From positions 14,032 to 78,031 of the forward strand of contig CAZLVU010000005.1 of NCBI GenBank assembly GCA_964563355.1: a DNA stretch of 64,000 nt, given 5' to 3'. Positions within the stretch are counted from its first letter, which is position 1; the number at the start of each line of letters is the position of its first letter. Shown one piece after another: positions 46,915-55,934 of the stretch. The notes beneath the pieces are model-generated. The model was not told the DNA's origin, searched no databases, and saw nothing but the letters and a program-made list of their open reading frames with translations. This DNA comes from an uncultured Candidatus Poseidoniales archaeon (GTDB taxonomy: Archaea > Thermoplasmatota > Poseidoniia > Poseidoniales > Thalassarchaeaceae). The position numbers and the translations under genes are program-made.

Positions 46915-48165
46915 TTAGTTATACAATCCGTCTACACCAGAGGTTTCGGCTTCCTTTCGTTTGCGATCGACCTTCTTAATGGCAGAAGTGAAATCAGTTC
47001 TCTTTACGGATTTTCTTCCTGCAGAAATCGCTGAAATACCCGCTTCAAGAACTACAGATTTAATTTCAGCCCCGCTGAATCCTTCAGAAAGGAGTGCTAA
47101 TTTTCCGAAATTTACTTCTGAATCGGTTGGCATTGACCCAGTATGAACTTTGTAAATGAGTTCCCTCGCATTGCAATCTGGCAAAGGGATCTCGATTATT
47201 CGATCAAATCGACCGGGGCGTAGCAAAGCTGCATCAAGCAGCTCTGGGCGGTTAGTGGCAGCGATTACCTTGACATTATCTAGAGGGGTGAATCCATCCA
47301 TTTCAGAAAGAAGTTGCATGAGTGTTCGCTGAACCTCCCTATCGCCCGACGTAGCAGTATCAAGGCGTTTTGAGCCAATTGAATCCAGTTCATCTATGAA
47401 AATTATTGACGGGGCCCTTTGTCTAGCGAGATCAAATAGTTCGCGAACCATCCTCCCACCCTCACCTATGTATTTCTGGGCTAGCTCAGCACCAACGAGA
47501 CCTAGGAATGTCGCATTGGTAGAATTGGCTACCGCCTTGGCTAACATTGTCTTTCCAGTACCCGGGGGCCCTGTGAGAAGTACGCCTTTTGGTGGCTCGA
47601 TGCCGATATTCTCGAATGCAGCAGGGTTTTCGAATGGAAGCTCGACGCTTTCCTTCAGTTCCTTAATCTGGTCGTCCAGACCTCCAATGGATTGATATTC
47701 CACATTCGTGTTTTCAATAATTTCTGCACTACTAATCAACGGGTCCCATGAATCTGAAAGTATTTCCACAACAGAAAGAGTGTCTTGATTAAGTGCAACT
47801 CTAGTGCCGGGATTAAGCTCATCATTAGCAAGACGCTGATTGACAGAAACAAGGAAAACTGTACCATTTGAGCTTCTTACAACTGCCTGATCTCCAACCA
47901 TGTCTTGGACGTAACCGATTACTAAGGGAGGGTTTTTGATGTTCCTTAGTTCTTCGTCGAGTCTGTTTGTTCGCTTTTTCAATTGTGCATACTCGTTCTC
48001 GAGATACAGTTTCTCTGTAAGAAGCTGTTGCGCTTTCTCTGAAAGTTCCTCAAAGTCACGGGTTAGTCGGGTTAGTGCGTCGTTGGCCTCAGGTGTCTCG
48101 GAAAGGGGGGAATTGGCCCCACTGGTGGGGTCCTCGGCCTCGCTTGCCATATTGTTCACTAGCAT
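46915..48165 (-). CDS. pan: Proteasome-activating nucleotidase (AAA+)
   Basis: N-terminal coiled coil, OB region, Walker A GPPGTGKT, Walker B IIFIDELD, ATNRPELLDAALLRPGRFD and a C-terminal hydrophobic-Tyr-X tail (GLYN). Confidence 0.9.
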   Translation of the reverse strand: MLVNNMASEAEDPTSGANSPLSETPEANDALTRLTRDFEELSEKAQQLLTEKLYLENEYAQLKKRTNRLDEELRNIKNPPLVIGYVQDMVGDQAVVRSSNGTVFLVSVNQRLANDELNPGTRVALNQDTLSVVEILSDSWDPLISSAEIIENTNVEYQSIGGLDDQIKELKESVELPFENPAAFENIGIEPPKGVLLTGPPGTGKTMLAKAVANSTNATFLGLVGAELAQKYIGEGGRMVRELFDLARQRAPSIIFIDELDSIGSKRLDTATSGDREVQRTLMQLLSEMDGFTPLDNVKVIAATNRPELLDAALLRPGRFDRIIEIPLPDCNARELIYKVHTGSMPTDSEVNFGKLALLSEGFSGAEIKSVVLEAGISAISAGRKSVKRTDFTSAIKKVDRKRKEAETSGVDGLYN

Positions 48166-48220
48166 CGGGCATTTATGACTCCTACGAAGGAATCATGATG
48201 TCCCTAGTAGTGCGGTATCT

Positions 48221-48787
48221 GTGGGAGCTTGTGAGTTGTGCGGTCTCGAAGGCGTTGCAACTCAGGCGGCAATTGCGTCACAGACCTCCGTGGATTGTTG
48301 CAAAGGATGCATTGTGTCAATGGGCCTTGAAGTTAAACGTCAACCTAGGCCTCGAAGTAATCCACCCGCTACCCAAAATCAGGTTACCAGCAGGGTAGTT
48401 TCAGGAATTGATATTATGACCAAAGAGGAAATGGAGCTTGCTTCTGATTTCCATTCAAAGATAAGGATGGCGCGTGAAGTTAAGGGTTGGTCTCAATCCG
48501 ATCTGGCCAGGAGGATTAATGAGAAATCATCTACCATCCAGAAGGCTGAAAATGGAATCAGGCCTACTGATTTGGTACTCAAGAAAATTTCCAAATCACT
48601 AGGCCTGAACTTATTCATTGAATCCAGTGCTAACCACCACAGAGTCGTGACGGGCAATATATCGAGAGACTTGACAATCTCAGATGCTGGTGATTCCACC
48701 ATCCAACCTACGAAAGCCAAGAAGATCAAGAAAAAGGGTAGGAAGCTCGGGGTCTCCAGATCTGGAGCCAGATCAAGGAGAAAATAG
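48221..48787 (+). CDS. mbf1: Archaeal multiprotein bridging factor 1 (zinc ribbon plus Cro/C1 HTH) with a basic C-terminal tail
   Basis: CELCG...CCKGC zinc ribbon, HTH GWSQSDLARRINEKSSTIQKAENG, and the tail KKIKKKGRKLGVSRSGARSRRK. Confidence 0.8.
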   Translation: MGACELCGLEGVATQAAIASQTSVDCCKGCIVSMGLEVKRQPRPRSNPPATQNQVTSRVVSGIDIMTKEEMELASDFHSKIRMAREVKGWSQSDLARRINEKSSTIQKAENGIRPTDLVLKKISKSLGLNLFIESSANHHRVVTGNISRDLTISDAGDSTIQPTKAKKIKKKGRKLGVSRSGARSRRK

Positions 48788-48788
48788 A

Positions 48789-49313
48789 TTGATTGGGGTG
48801 CCACTTCACGTAATACATCTGGATCAAGATGATCCCAAGAAGTGCACAGCTAGGAAACTTGAGGCACGAGGTCAGGCCAAACTCCACCAATCAGTAAAAT
48901 TGGCCCCTCGCAGAGGGTTTCTTCTGAATCCGAATGCGGAAACCATTCTAGGTCCAGAAGACAGGGGGATGATCGATATTGGTGGATCATTAGTCGCTCT
49001 AGACTGCTCATGGAAGAATATCAGTCAATCATTGGAAATTATCCACAATAGAACAAGTTTGGAAGGCAGGCGTCTACCATCCTTACTAGCTGCCAATCCT
49101 GTTTCATGGGGCAAGCTGGGGAGGCTGTCTACAGTGGAGGCTCTTGCCGGATCTTTGGTCATACTGGGCCATTTTGAGCAGGCAAAAGAAATTCTGAGGG
49201 GTTTCCCCTTCGGCAATCGTTTTCTTGATCTTAATAAGGAACCCCTCGAGGCTTACTCAAGTGTTGTTTCCAGGGATGATTTAGAGTCCGTGCAATCGGA
49301 CTTCTTCTATTGA
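48789..49313 (+). CDS. tsr3: 16S rRNA aminocarboxypropyltransferase Tsr3 (DUF367)
   Basis: HLDQDDPKKCTARKLEARG, DCSWKNI, LLAANPVSWGK and STVEALA. The TTG at 48789 starts 1 nt after the mbf1 stop. The track ORF (48684) would overlap mbf1 and is rejected. Confidence 0.75.
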   Translation: MIGVPLHVIHLDQDDPKKCTARKLEARGQAKLHQSVKLAPRRGFLLNPNAETILGPEDRGMIDIGGSLVALDCSWKNISQSLEIIHNRTSLEGRRLPSLLAANPVSWGKLGRLSTVEALAGSLVILGHFEQAKEILRGFPFGNRFLDLNKEPLEAYSSVVSRDDLESVQSDFFY

Positions 49314-49323
49314 CCAACATAAT

Positions 49324-50577
49324 ATGCAAGCGCGTATTCCCTCGACCGAGATAATGGCTGCTGATGATGATGAACCTAACATGTTCCAACATATGGCCAC
49401 AATGGCAGTTCACACGGGGGAGATTCACGATTCGTCAGGAGCGCATATTGCTCCGATCCACCAAACCTCAACCTACGTTTTTGAGGATTCTGGGGCAATA
49501 GAATCCTGGGCAACCGGTGAATCCGAAGCCCACGTGTACTCTCGTGTTGGCAACCCCAATAGATCATCACTTGCTCGTAAGCTGGCCGCTCTCGAGGGAG
49601 TGGGAGTCGAAGGAGCCCCGGTTACTGCGGAGATTTTCGCATCTGGGATGGGTGCAGTGAGTGCCTCAATTCTAGGTCTAGCCAGAGCAGGAGATCACGT
49701 CATCACTCAATCTGTACTATATGGGACTACAAATCATCTTTTTTCTGCTATCCTACCGAACTATGGGATTTCCAACAGCAGAGTCCCGCTATTGCAACCG
49801 GATCTACTAGAGGAAGAATTGGCTGCAAACCCTGACACTAAGGTCATATTTCTTGAGACGCCAGCAAATCCAACTATGACGATAATTGACATCTCTAAGA
49901 CGGTAAAGATCGCAAATTCGCATGGTGTTGACGTAATCGTCGACAATACGTTCGCTACACCTGTGCTTCAACGACCCCTGGCCATGGGTGCAAACGTAGT
50001 CGTGCACAGTACTACGAAGTTCATCAACGGCCATGGTACGGTGATAGGTGGTGCTCTAGTCAGTAGGGATCCGGAATTCATCCTAAATGGCGGTGGGGCA
50101 CTGGTTCGCTACATAGGAGCTGTGCCAAGTCCTTTGGACTGTTGGATGACTAACATCGGCCTCAAGACGCTCCCCCTCCGCATGAAGCAGCACTGCACAA
50201 ATGCACGCATTATTGCTGAATTCCTTAATTCCCATCCCAAAGTCAACGTCACTCACTGGCCCGGTCTGAAGAGCCATCCTCAGCATGAAATTGCAGCTCG
50301 CCAAATGGATGATTTTGGTGCTATGATGTCCATAGAACTGGGCAACTACCAATCAGCAACCAGATTTATGGATGGTTTGGAATTGTGCTCCCTTGCGGTC
50401 AGTCTGGGCAATGTGGACACACTAGTGCAACATCCCGCATCGATGACTCACAGATTAGTCTCCGAAGAAGAGAAGGCTGCGTCAGGAATCACAGAAGGAT
50501 TAGTGCGTATTTCTGTCGGAATCGAGGGCGCCGATGACCTAGTGGCGGATTTTGATCGCGCATTATCACAAGTATGA
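49324..50577 (+). CDS. PLP-dependent Cys/Met-metabolism enzyme (O-acetylhomoserine sulfhydrylase / methionine gamma-lyase family)
   Basis: YSRVGNPN, DNTFATP, the PLP-Lys motif HSTTKFINGHG, and LGNVDTLVQHPASMTH. Confidence 0.8.
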   Translation: MQARIPSTEIMAADDDEPNMFQHMATMAVHTGEIHDSSGAHIAPIHQTSTYVFEDSGAIESWATGESEAHVYSRVGNPNRSSLARKLAALEGVGVEGAPVTAEIFASGMGAVSASILGLARAGDHVITQSVLYGTTNHLFSAILPNYGISNSRVPLLQPDLLEEELAANPDTKVIFLETPANPTMTIIDISKTVKIANSHGVDVIVDNTFATPVLQRPLAMGANVVVHSTTKFINGHGTVIGGALVSRDPEFILNGGGALVRYIGAVPSPLDCWMTNIGLKTLPLRMKQHCTNARIIAEFLNSHPKVNVTHWPGLKSHPQHEIAARQMDDFGAMMSIELGNYQSATRFMDGLELCSLAVSLGNVDTLVQHPASMTHRLVSEEEKAASGITEGLVRISVGIEGADDLVADFDRALSQV

Positions 50578-50633
50578 TTTTACTGCCTTAGTAATGCAAG
50601 TAATCATGTACCTGTTGCACACGGAGTGGATTA

Positions 50634-50825
50634 ATGGCACAAGGTACGGTTAAGTGGTTTAATCAAATAAAGGGATATGGATTTATTGAGCAGGATGGAG
50701 GGGACGACCTCTTTGTCCACAAATCCGAGGTAGAGGGGACGATTCGTGACGGCGACTCTGTAGAGTTTGAGGTTGGTGAGGGACCTAAGGGTCCAAACGC
50801 TGTAAATGTCAGCAAAATCGACTGA
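50634..50825 (+). CDS. csp: Cold-shock protein (CspA family)
   Basis: [15 protein letters not shown] (RNP1) and DLFVHKSE (RNP2). 63 aa. Confidence 0.9.
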   Translation: MAQGTVKWFNQIKGYGFIEQDGGDDLFVHKSEVEGTIRDGDSVEFEVGEGPKGPNAVNVSKID

Positions 50826-50843
50826 TTGCCCTAATCTTTGTGG

Positions 50844-51176
50844 TTATCGCAATTGGCCCCCGGCTGGAGGGATCGGTGGATCCCTCTCGCCGTAAGGTAG
50901 TATCAACACGAGGCCCCCTACACCGGCACCTACGAAAATTGACAGTGACGCAATGAAAATTCTGAGTTTGGACTGCTTTTCATCCTTGATATCCTCGCAG
51001 GCGATTGGATCAATGGGTTCCGTTAACCCCAGGTAGAGGATTCTGAATACGAGGTCGCATTCACGGTCATACTCCTTCTCAGATCGATCCCAGTCATCCA
51101 TAGTGTAACTCGTTAGAGGTATTGCCAACAGGCACAAAACCAGCAAAGTTGCTCCCTTTCTCAATTCACTATTCAT
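50844..51176 (-). CDS. Hypothetical small membrane protein
   Basis: N-terminal and C-terminal hydrophobic helices. The start abuts the stop of the upstream phosphorylase gene. Confidence 0.4.
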   Translation of the reverse strand: MNSELRKGATLLVLCLLAIPLTSYTMDDWDRSEKEYDRECDLVFRILYLGLTEPIDPIACEDIKDEKQSKLRIFIASLSIFVGAGVGGLVLILPYGERDPPIPPAGGQLR

Positions 51177-51941
51177 CTAGCCACCAAGTTCTGAAAGCAA
51201 AGCCAATATGCATGAGGAAACCAAATCGTGCATTTGGGAGGCAATTGATTCAACGGAAAGGTGATCTATGGGTGCGTCTGGGTTTTCGGGATTCTTTCCC
51301 GCAGCCCAATTAGATGAGCACGGGATGGCTATGTGGGGCAAGTTAACCTCGGCTACCAGTCTAGATTCAGGTCCAAGTGTCATCCCAACTACGTGGGCAC
51401 CTAATTTTTGGAGGGCATTTATTTCTGACGGGCTCTCAAATTGAGGGCCGATGCACTGAGCAACAATCACCTCCGCAGGTGAAGAACCTTGCATTTTTTC
51501 AAGTACCCCTGAGCAAATCTCCATAGCACCGGAGTCGAATGGAGATGTGCGATCTGCATGAATTGCGTTTTCATCGTGAAAAGTCCAGGGTCTTATTGAG
51601 AGATCAAGAACATCCGATGCAATGCCTACAATTCCTGGCGGCATGAACTCTACAATCGAGCCAACTGAGTTAATACTCACAACTAAGTCGGGATTGAAGC
51701 TGGCTGCTGCGTGTACGTTTGCTCTGTGCTCTATTGAGTGTGGTGGGGTTCTGGAGCCATCAGTGGAATGGTGCCGATCTATTACCATGATTTCTCCATT
51801 AGAGTTAGAGAATATCGTAACGGGAACATCCCCCCACTCTGATTCTACTGATATTCGGTAACTACTGGTACCTTCAATCCCTGAAATGTTGCGACTGAAC
51901 TCCCCCATGCCTGTCCCACAAAGCACCGCTATGCGGGCCAT
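51177..51941 (-). CDS. Purine nucleoside / 5'-methylthioadenosine phosphorylase family protein
   Basis: IAVLCGTGM, IDRHH....PPHSIEHRANVHA, INSVGS and VVGMTLGPE resemble the MTAP/PNP-I family. Confidence 0.7.
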   Translation of the reverse strand: MARIAVLCGTGMGEFSRNISGIEGTSSYRISVESEWGDVPVTIFSNSNGEIMVIDRHHSTDGSRTPPHSIEHRANVHAAASFNPDLVVSINSVGSIVEFMPPGIVGIASDVLDLSIRPWTFHDENAIHADRTSPFDSGAMEICSGVLEKMQGSSPAEVIVAQCIGPQFESPSEINALQKLGAHVVGMTLGPESRLVAEVNLPHIAIPCSSNWAAGKNPENPDAPIDHLSVESIASQMHDLVSSCILALLSELGG

Positions 51942-51945
51942 CTGC

Positions 51946-52980
51946 TCACTCCGAAAGTCTTTGGATTAGGTCGGCCTTCTTCCCGGAGACGGGTTTTTCT
52001 GACTCTTTGAGGAGTTGCTTGAGTTCGGCTACGGAGAGGGAACTGTATATCCTCTCGACCAAAACTGCCTTTGTTCCGCTAGATTCTATATTCAATGACT
52101 TCGAAATTTCGACAAGTTCAGCCTTGAGCCTACTACCCAGTCCGATGAGATTGGATGAATCGGGTTCTGGGGCAACAACCTCTCTTTCATTATCTCCCTC
52201 TTCCATTAATTCCTCAGGTTGATCATCAGATTCGATCACTTCCTCGGGAGTGGCGTCTTCGGATAACTCTGAATCAGCAATTTCCACGTCCGATTCCTCC
52301 TCGGATGATTTCTGGTCTTCTATTGCTGATTTTTCGTCTGCCTTAATCTGCTCAAGTGTGGGGCCATCGTCGATCACTACTCCGGACTGAATTAGTTGGC
52401 TGCGTCTGAAGAAGACCATCCTAACGGGTTGGATTTTGGAGATGGCCTTGCCTACTCTTTCTTCCAGGGAACCGTCAAGCAGACTACTCTGAACCTCAAT
52501 CCAAGTGCTCTTAGAGCAGAATTTGATAACCTCGTTCCTAGCTATGGTTCTCGTTTCCTGTTTTTGGCTACCCTTTACCCTTGATCTGGTTACGATGAAT
52601 GGTTTTAGTCTGATGAAATATCCATCATCAGTAATGACATCGATTGAATCGTCGATCTTGCCCCTCTCACGGCGAATCTGACGCCTGACAAAATCCTTCA
52701 TTGTGTCATGACCAATGAATTCAGTTAAGGCATCGTTTCCAACTACTTCGTGGACCCTGAATTGGATCTTAACATGCATCTTTGAGAAATCGCCATCTAG
52801 TTCATTTTGCATTACCTCGTAATGCCGCCCAACCAGCATCTGTTCTTCCTCGGCGATGGTCTCCCCGATCACCTTGAATGACCAGGGGTTGCGAGGTGCC
52901 CTAATCGAGAACCAACGTTTGGCCTTCCATTTGTCCTTCTGTCTTCGAGCCGCTGCTCTAGCCGATGCACCCTTGGCCAT
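51946..52980 (-). CDS. rps3ae: 30S ribosomal protein S3Ae (eS1) with an acidic linker and two C-terminal SAP/HeH-like motifs
   Basis: MAKGASARAAARRQKDKWKAKRWFSIRAPRNPW....GRHYEV is the S3Ae core. The C-terminus carries LKAELVEISKSLNIESSGTKAVLVERI and LSVAELKQLLKESEKPVSGKKADLIQRL. The start is set at Met19 of the track ORF. Confidence 0.8.
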   Translation of the reverse strand: MAKGASARAAARRQKDKWKAKRWFSIRAPRNPWSFKVIGETIAEEEQMLVGRHYEVMQNELDGDFSKMHVKIQFRVHEVVGNDALTEFIGHDTMKDFVRRQIRRERGKIDDSIDVITDDGYFIRLKPFIVTRSRVKGSQKQETRTIARNEVIKFCSKSTWIEVQSSLLDGSLEERVGKAISKIQPVRMVFFRRSQLIQSGVVIDDGPTLEQIKADEKSAIEDQKSSEEESDVEIADSELSEDATPEEVIESDDQPEELMEEGDNEREVVAPEPDSSNLIGLGSRLKAELVEISKSLNIESSGTKAVLVERIYSSLSVAELKQLLKESEKPVSGKKADLIQRLSE

Positions 52981-53112
52981 TGAATAGACTCCTATTTCGG
53001 GGGCTGCCCCGTTTGCGGGCCGTCCGACCTGCAACCAGTATTTGAACGAAATGCCATCAGCATACTATCCAAATTACATCTAAATGAGGATCATGTTTCC
53101 TCTGGACGCACC

Positions 53113-53571
53113 ATGGGACTGCACGGCGGAGCTTGGAGGGTTCACACCAGTGCTCTTGACGACGACGGTTTAATCCTGAATGCGCTTAGCTGGCTGTGTG
53201 GAAAGGAATCTCAAATTTCTATAGAAAATGAGAAGTCCGCTCTTGGTGCACCCATGAAAACCGTGGTTTGCCAAATGAATGGTAAACGTGCCAAGGAATC
53301 TCTGAGTAATCTTCCCGAAGAGGAGTTACAATCCCTGATTGAGGCAGGATTGGAATCTCTAATTGACGAAGATAAGTTTCTTCACATCAGAATCTCGCTT
53401 TCTGAGTTGGTTAGAGGTTATGTAACAATTGCGAATTCAAAGGAATCAATAGTCAAAGGGAGGTTCAAGTTGGAAGTATACCCCGGTCAAAATGCTATTC
53501 AGATAGTTAACGATCTGTTTGAAGAATTGCGCGAGTGTGAAAAATCGAACACAAGAATTGATATGCCCTAA
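53113..53571 (+). CDS. Hypothetical protein, possibly a DUF54/COG1931-type archaeal RNA-binding protein
   Basis: The size (152 aa) and pattern (VHTSALDDDGLILNALSWL..., KGRFKLEVYPG) recall COG1931. Recognition is from memory only. Confidence 0.4.
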   Translation: MGLHGGAWRVHTSALDDDGLILNALSWLCGKESQISIENEKSALGAPMKTVVCQMNGKRAKESLSNLPEEELQSLIEAGLESLIDEDKFLHIRISLSELVRGYVTIANSKESIVKGRFKLEVYPGQNAIQIVNDLFEELRECEKSNTRIDMP

Positions 53572-53593
53572 TCTCTACCATTAACTGGGAACT

Positions 53594-53872
53594 ATGACTC
53601 ACGTTGTGACCAGCGCTTGTGTGAATCACAAATACCAAGATTGCGTTGCAGTTTGCCCTGTTGAAGCCTTCAAGGAAGCAGATACATACCTCGTTATTGA
53701 TCCTGACGAATGCATTGACTGCGCTGCTTGTATCCCAGAGTGCCCCGTTGGTGCAATTTATGCCGATACTGACCTACCTGACGAAGAAATTGAATGGTTG
53801 GACAGGAACGAAGATGAATCCCCAGATCTTCCTCTCGCTGAAGGCGACTCACCTGTTCTTGCTGACTCTTGA
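53594..53872 (+). CDS. fdx: 7Fe-type ferredoxin (3Fe-4S plus 4Fe-4S) with an acidic C-terminal tail
   Basis: ACVNHKYQDCVAVCP (CxxxxxxCxxxCP) and ECIDCAACIPECP (CxxCxxCxxxCP). Confidence 0.85.
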   Translation: MTHVVTSACVNHKYQDCVAVCPVEAFKEADTYLVIDPDECIDCAACIPECPVGAIYADTDLPDEEIEWLDRNEDESPDLPLAEGDSPVLADS

Positions 53873-53923
53873 ATATACTGATTTGCAGCATAGGTTCTTC
53901 AATGCAAACCCTGCGCCGCGACT

Positions 53924-54913
53924 GTGTCACAAAGGCTGGACTTGGAGGATTTGCGTCACGGTACTGAACTCCTGAAAAGGGGATTCGCTAAGATGCAACA
54001 GGGCGGCGTAGTCATGGATGTAGTGACTCCCGAACAGGCGCAAATCGCCGAAGATGCGGGAGCTGTGTCCGTTATGGCACTGGAAAGGGTTCCTGCTGAT
54101 ATCAGGACCAGTGGAGGCGTGGCTCGAATGAGTCACCCCAGTCTGATTAAGGAGATTATCGAGACGACGAGTATTCCTGTGATGGCAAAGGCAAGAATTG
54201 GTCATGACGAAGAAGCCCGGGTCCTTGAGACACTCGGTGCGGACATGATTGACGAATCGGAGGTACTTACTCCCGCTGATCCATTTTTCCACATCGCAAA
54301 GAACCGCTACAACATTCCCTTTGTTTGCGGATGTACTAGCCTTGGGGAAGCGGTAAGGAGAATTGCCGAAGGGGCGGCGATGATTAGGACAAAGGGCGAG
54401 GCTGGGACTGGGAACATTGTTAGTGCCGTAAAACACGCCCGCCTTCTTTCAGCAGAAGTAGATGCTGCTCGGACAGCTGGATCATCGGAAAAGGAGGAGA
54501 TTGTTGATGTCATAATGAGGGGATTCAAGCGCATGGAAGATTCATCAGAACTAGATCTTTCAGTGGCTAATACTCCCTTCGGAGACATAAACTATGTTCG
54601 CGATGAGGTTTCAACTGTACTTGATGAGGTTGTTGAGAAAGGTAGGTTACCAGTCGTAACTTTCTCTGCCGGAGGAATCGCGACCCCAGCAGATGCTGCG
54701 CTCATGATGAGTCACGGGATGGATGGTATTTTTGTTGGATCTGGAATCTTCAAAAGTTCTGACCCCACTAGGACCGCGGAAGCGATTGTTCTTGCTACTC
54801 ATCACTTCGACGATTCCAAGGTTGTTGCGGAAGCAAGCGAGATGGTTGGAGAAGCCATGCCTGGATTAGAGATTGATTCACTGGAAGTCCGTTTAGATGA
54901 GCGTGGATGGTGA
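53924..54913 (+). CDS. pdxS: Pyridoxal 5'-phosphate synthase, lyase subunit PdxS
   Basis: [64 protein letters not shown] and [14 protein letters not shown] start. No pdxT is adjacent. Confidence 0.9.
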   Translation: MSQRLDLEDLRHGTELLKRGFAKMQQGGVVMDVVTPEQAQIAEDAGAVSVMALERVPADIRTSGGVARMSHPSLIKEIIETTSIPVMAKARIGHDEEARVLETLGADMIDESEVLTPADPFFHIAKNRYNIPFVCGCTSLGEAVRRIAEGAAMIRTKGEAGTGNIVSAVKHARLLSAEVDAARTAGSSEKEEIVDVIMRGFKRMEDSSELDLSVANTPFGDINYVRDEVSTVLDEVVEKGRLPVVTFSAGGIATPADAALMMSHGMDGIFVGSGIFKSSDPTRTAEAIVLATHHFDDSKVVAEASEMVGEAMPGLEIDSLEVRLDERGW

Positions 54914-55900
54914 CTAGCTCTTCCGTCCCCTTGCTGTCCCAAGTTTGCGTGAGCTCTTCCTTTTTCTCCGGCGGGCAGGTTCTTCCGAAGATTGTTCTGC
55001 TACTGTGCCTCCGAATGTAATAGACCCGCTTTCAATTAGCTGCTCAGAGAGGGAGTCTGCAAGATCATCGTCCTGATCGGGGGTCTTTAGCGCCTGCCTT
55101 ACTGAATCATTGTGTTCCCTGACCATCCTCTCTCTCTCTTCATACTGAGACTTCAGCTCTTTTCTAATTTCAGTGACCTTGGTCTGCATTTCTACAGTAT
55201 TTGCATGTACCTCATCGGCCTTTTCTCTCTCCTTAACAAAGATTGAATGAAGCCTATCGCCCTCGCCTCTGAGGAAATCTCTCTCTTCCAGCATTGGTTT
55301 GATCTCCTCCCAAATCTGGTCAGCGAGTTTGTTCTTCTCTATCATCAACTGGTGCTCATTGTCTGCTTCGGCTCTGAGACGCTGTATGGATTCATCCATT
55401 TCACCTAGGTCGATGGTAATGAGTTGGTGTTCCTCCACCGAAGGAATCAGTTCGTCTCTGCGAGCCATCAACGATCTCAGCTTCTTGATCAAACTATTCT
55501 CCTTGTCAAGCGAGAGGGACCCGTCCGTCATGATCTGGTTCTCGATCCTGTCTATTTCACTAACTGTTTCAGACAATTGAATGACAACAGATTTGCTTGG
55601 CCCGTCACCCCTCCTGCCCTTCTTCCTAGACGTAAGCTCTCTAACGTGTTTCTGAATCTCATCTCTCCTAGTTTGATGGATCTTAGCTAAAGCCCGAGTG
55701 TCCTTCTGCTCTTCCATACGTTCCTTGATTGCTTTTCTAAGCTCGGCGCCCTGGTTTTGGACTGAGTCCCGAGAATCGGCTGCTCTCCTTGCAGACTCGT
55801 TATGTGCATTCCTTTGATCCCTCATTCTCCTGAGCTTGGATTCCATTGCGTGGAGTCTGTTCCTGAGGTCTTCACCCACGGGTGATTCTTCCTCGCCCAT
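54914..55900 (-). CDS. Coiled-coil protein, paralogue A (COG1340-like) with a basic C-terminal tail
   Basis: Heptad-rich K/E/R sequence, central IDRIENQIMTDGSLSLDKENSLIKKLRSL, C-terminal ESGSITFGG and the tail RRRKRKSSRKLGTARGRKS. Confidence 0.6.
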   Translation of the reverse strand: MGEEESPVGEDLRNRLHAMESKLRRMRDQRNAHNESARRAADSRDSVQNQGAELRKAIKERMEEQKDTRALAKIHQTRRDEIQKHVRELTSRKKGRRGDGPSKSVVIQLSETVSEIDRIENQIMTDGSLSLDKENSLIKKLRSLMARRDELIPSVEEHQLITIDLGEMDESIQRLRAEADNEHQLMIEKNKLADQIWEEIKPMLEERDFLRGEGDRLHSIFVKEREKADEVHANTVEMQTKVTEIRKELKSQYEERERMVREHNDSVRQALKTPDQDDDLADSLSEQLIESGSITFGGTVAEQSSEEPARRRKRKSSRKLGTARGRKS

Positions 55901-55934
55901 GGAGTTCGGAAGTGCATTTCCTTATTGAAACGAA

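Noticed and set aside
48684-48788. Upstream extension of the Tsr3 ORF overlapping the mbf1 tail in another frame
   Set aside because: The Tsr3 family N-terminus aligns with the TTG at 48789 or the GTG at 48798. The extension is a basic out-of-frame read of the mbf1 tail.
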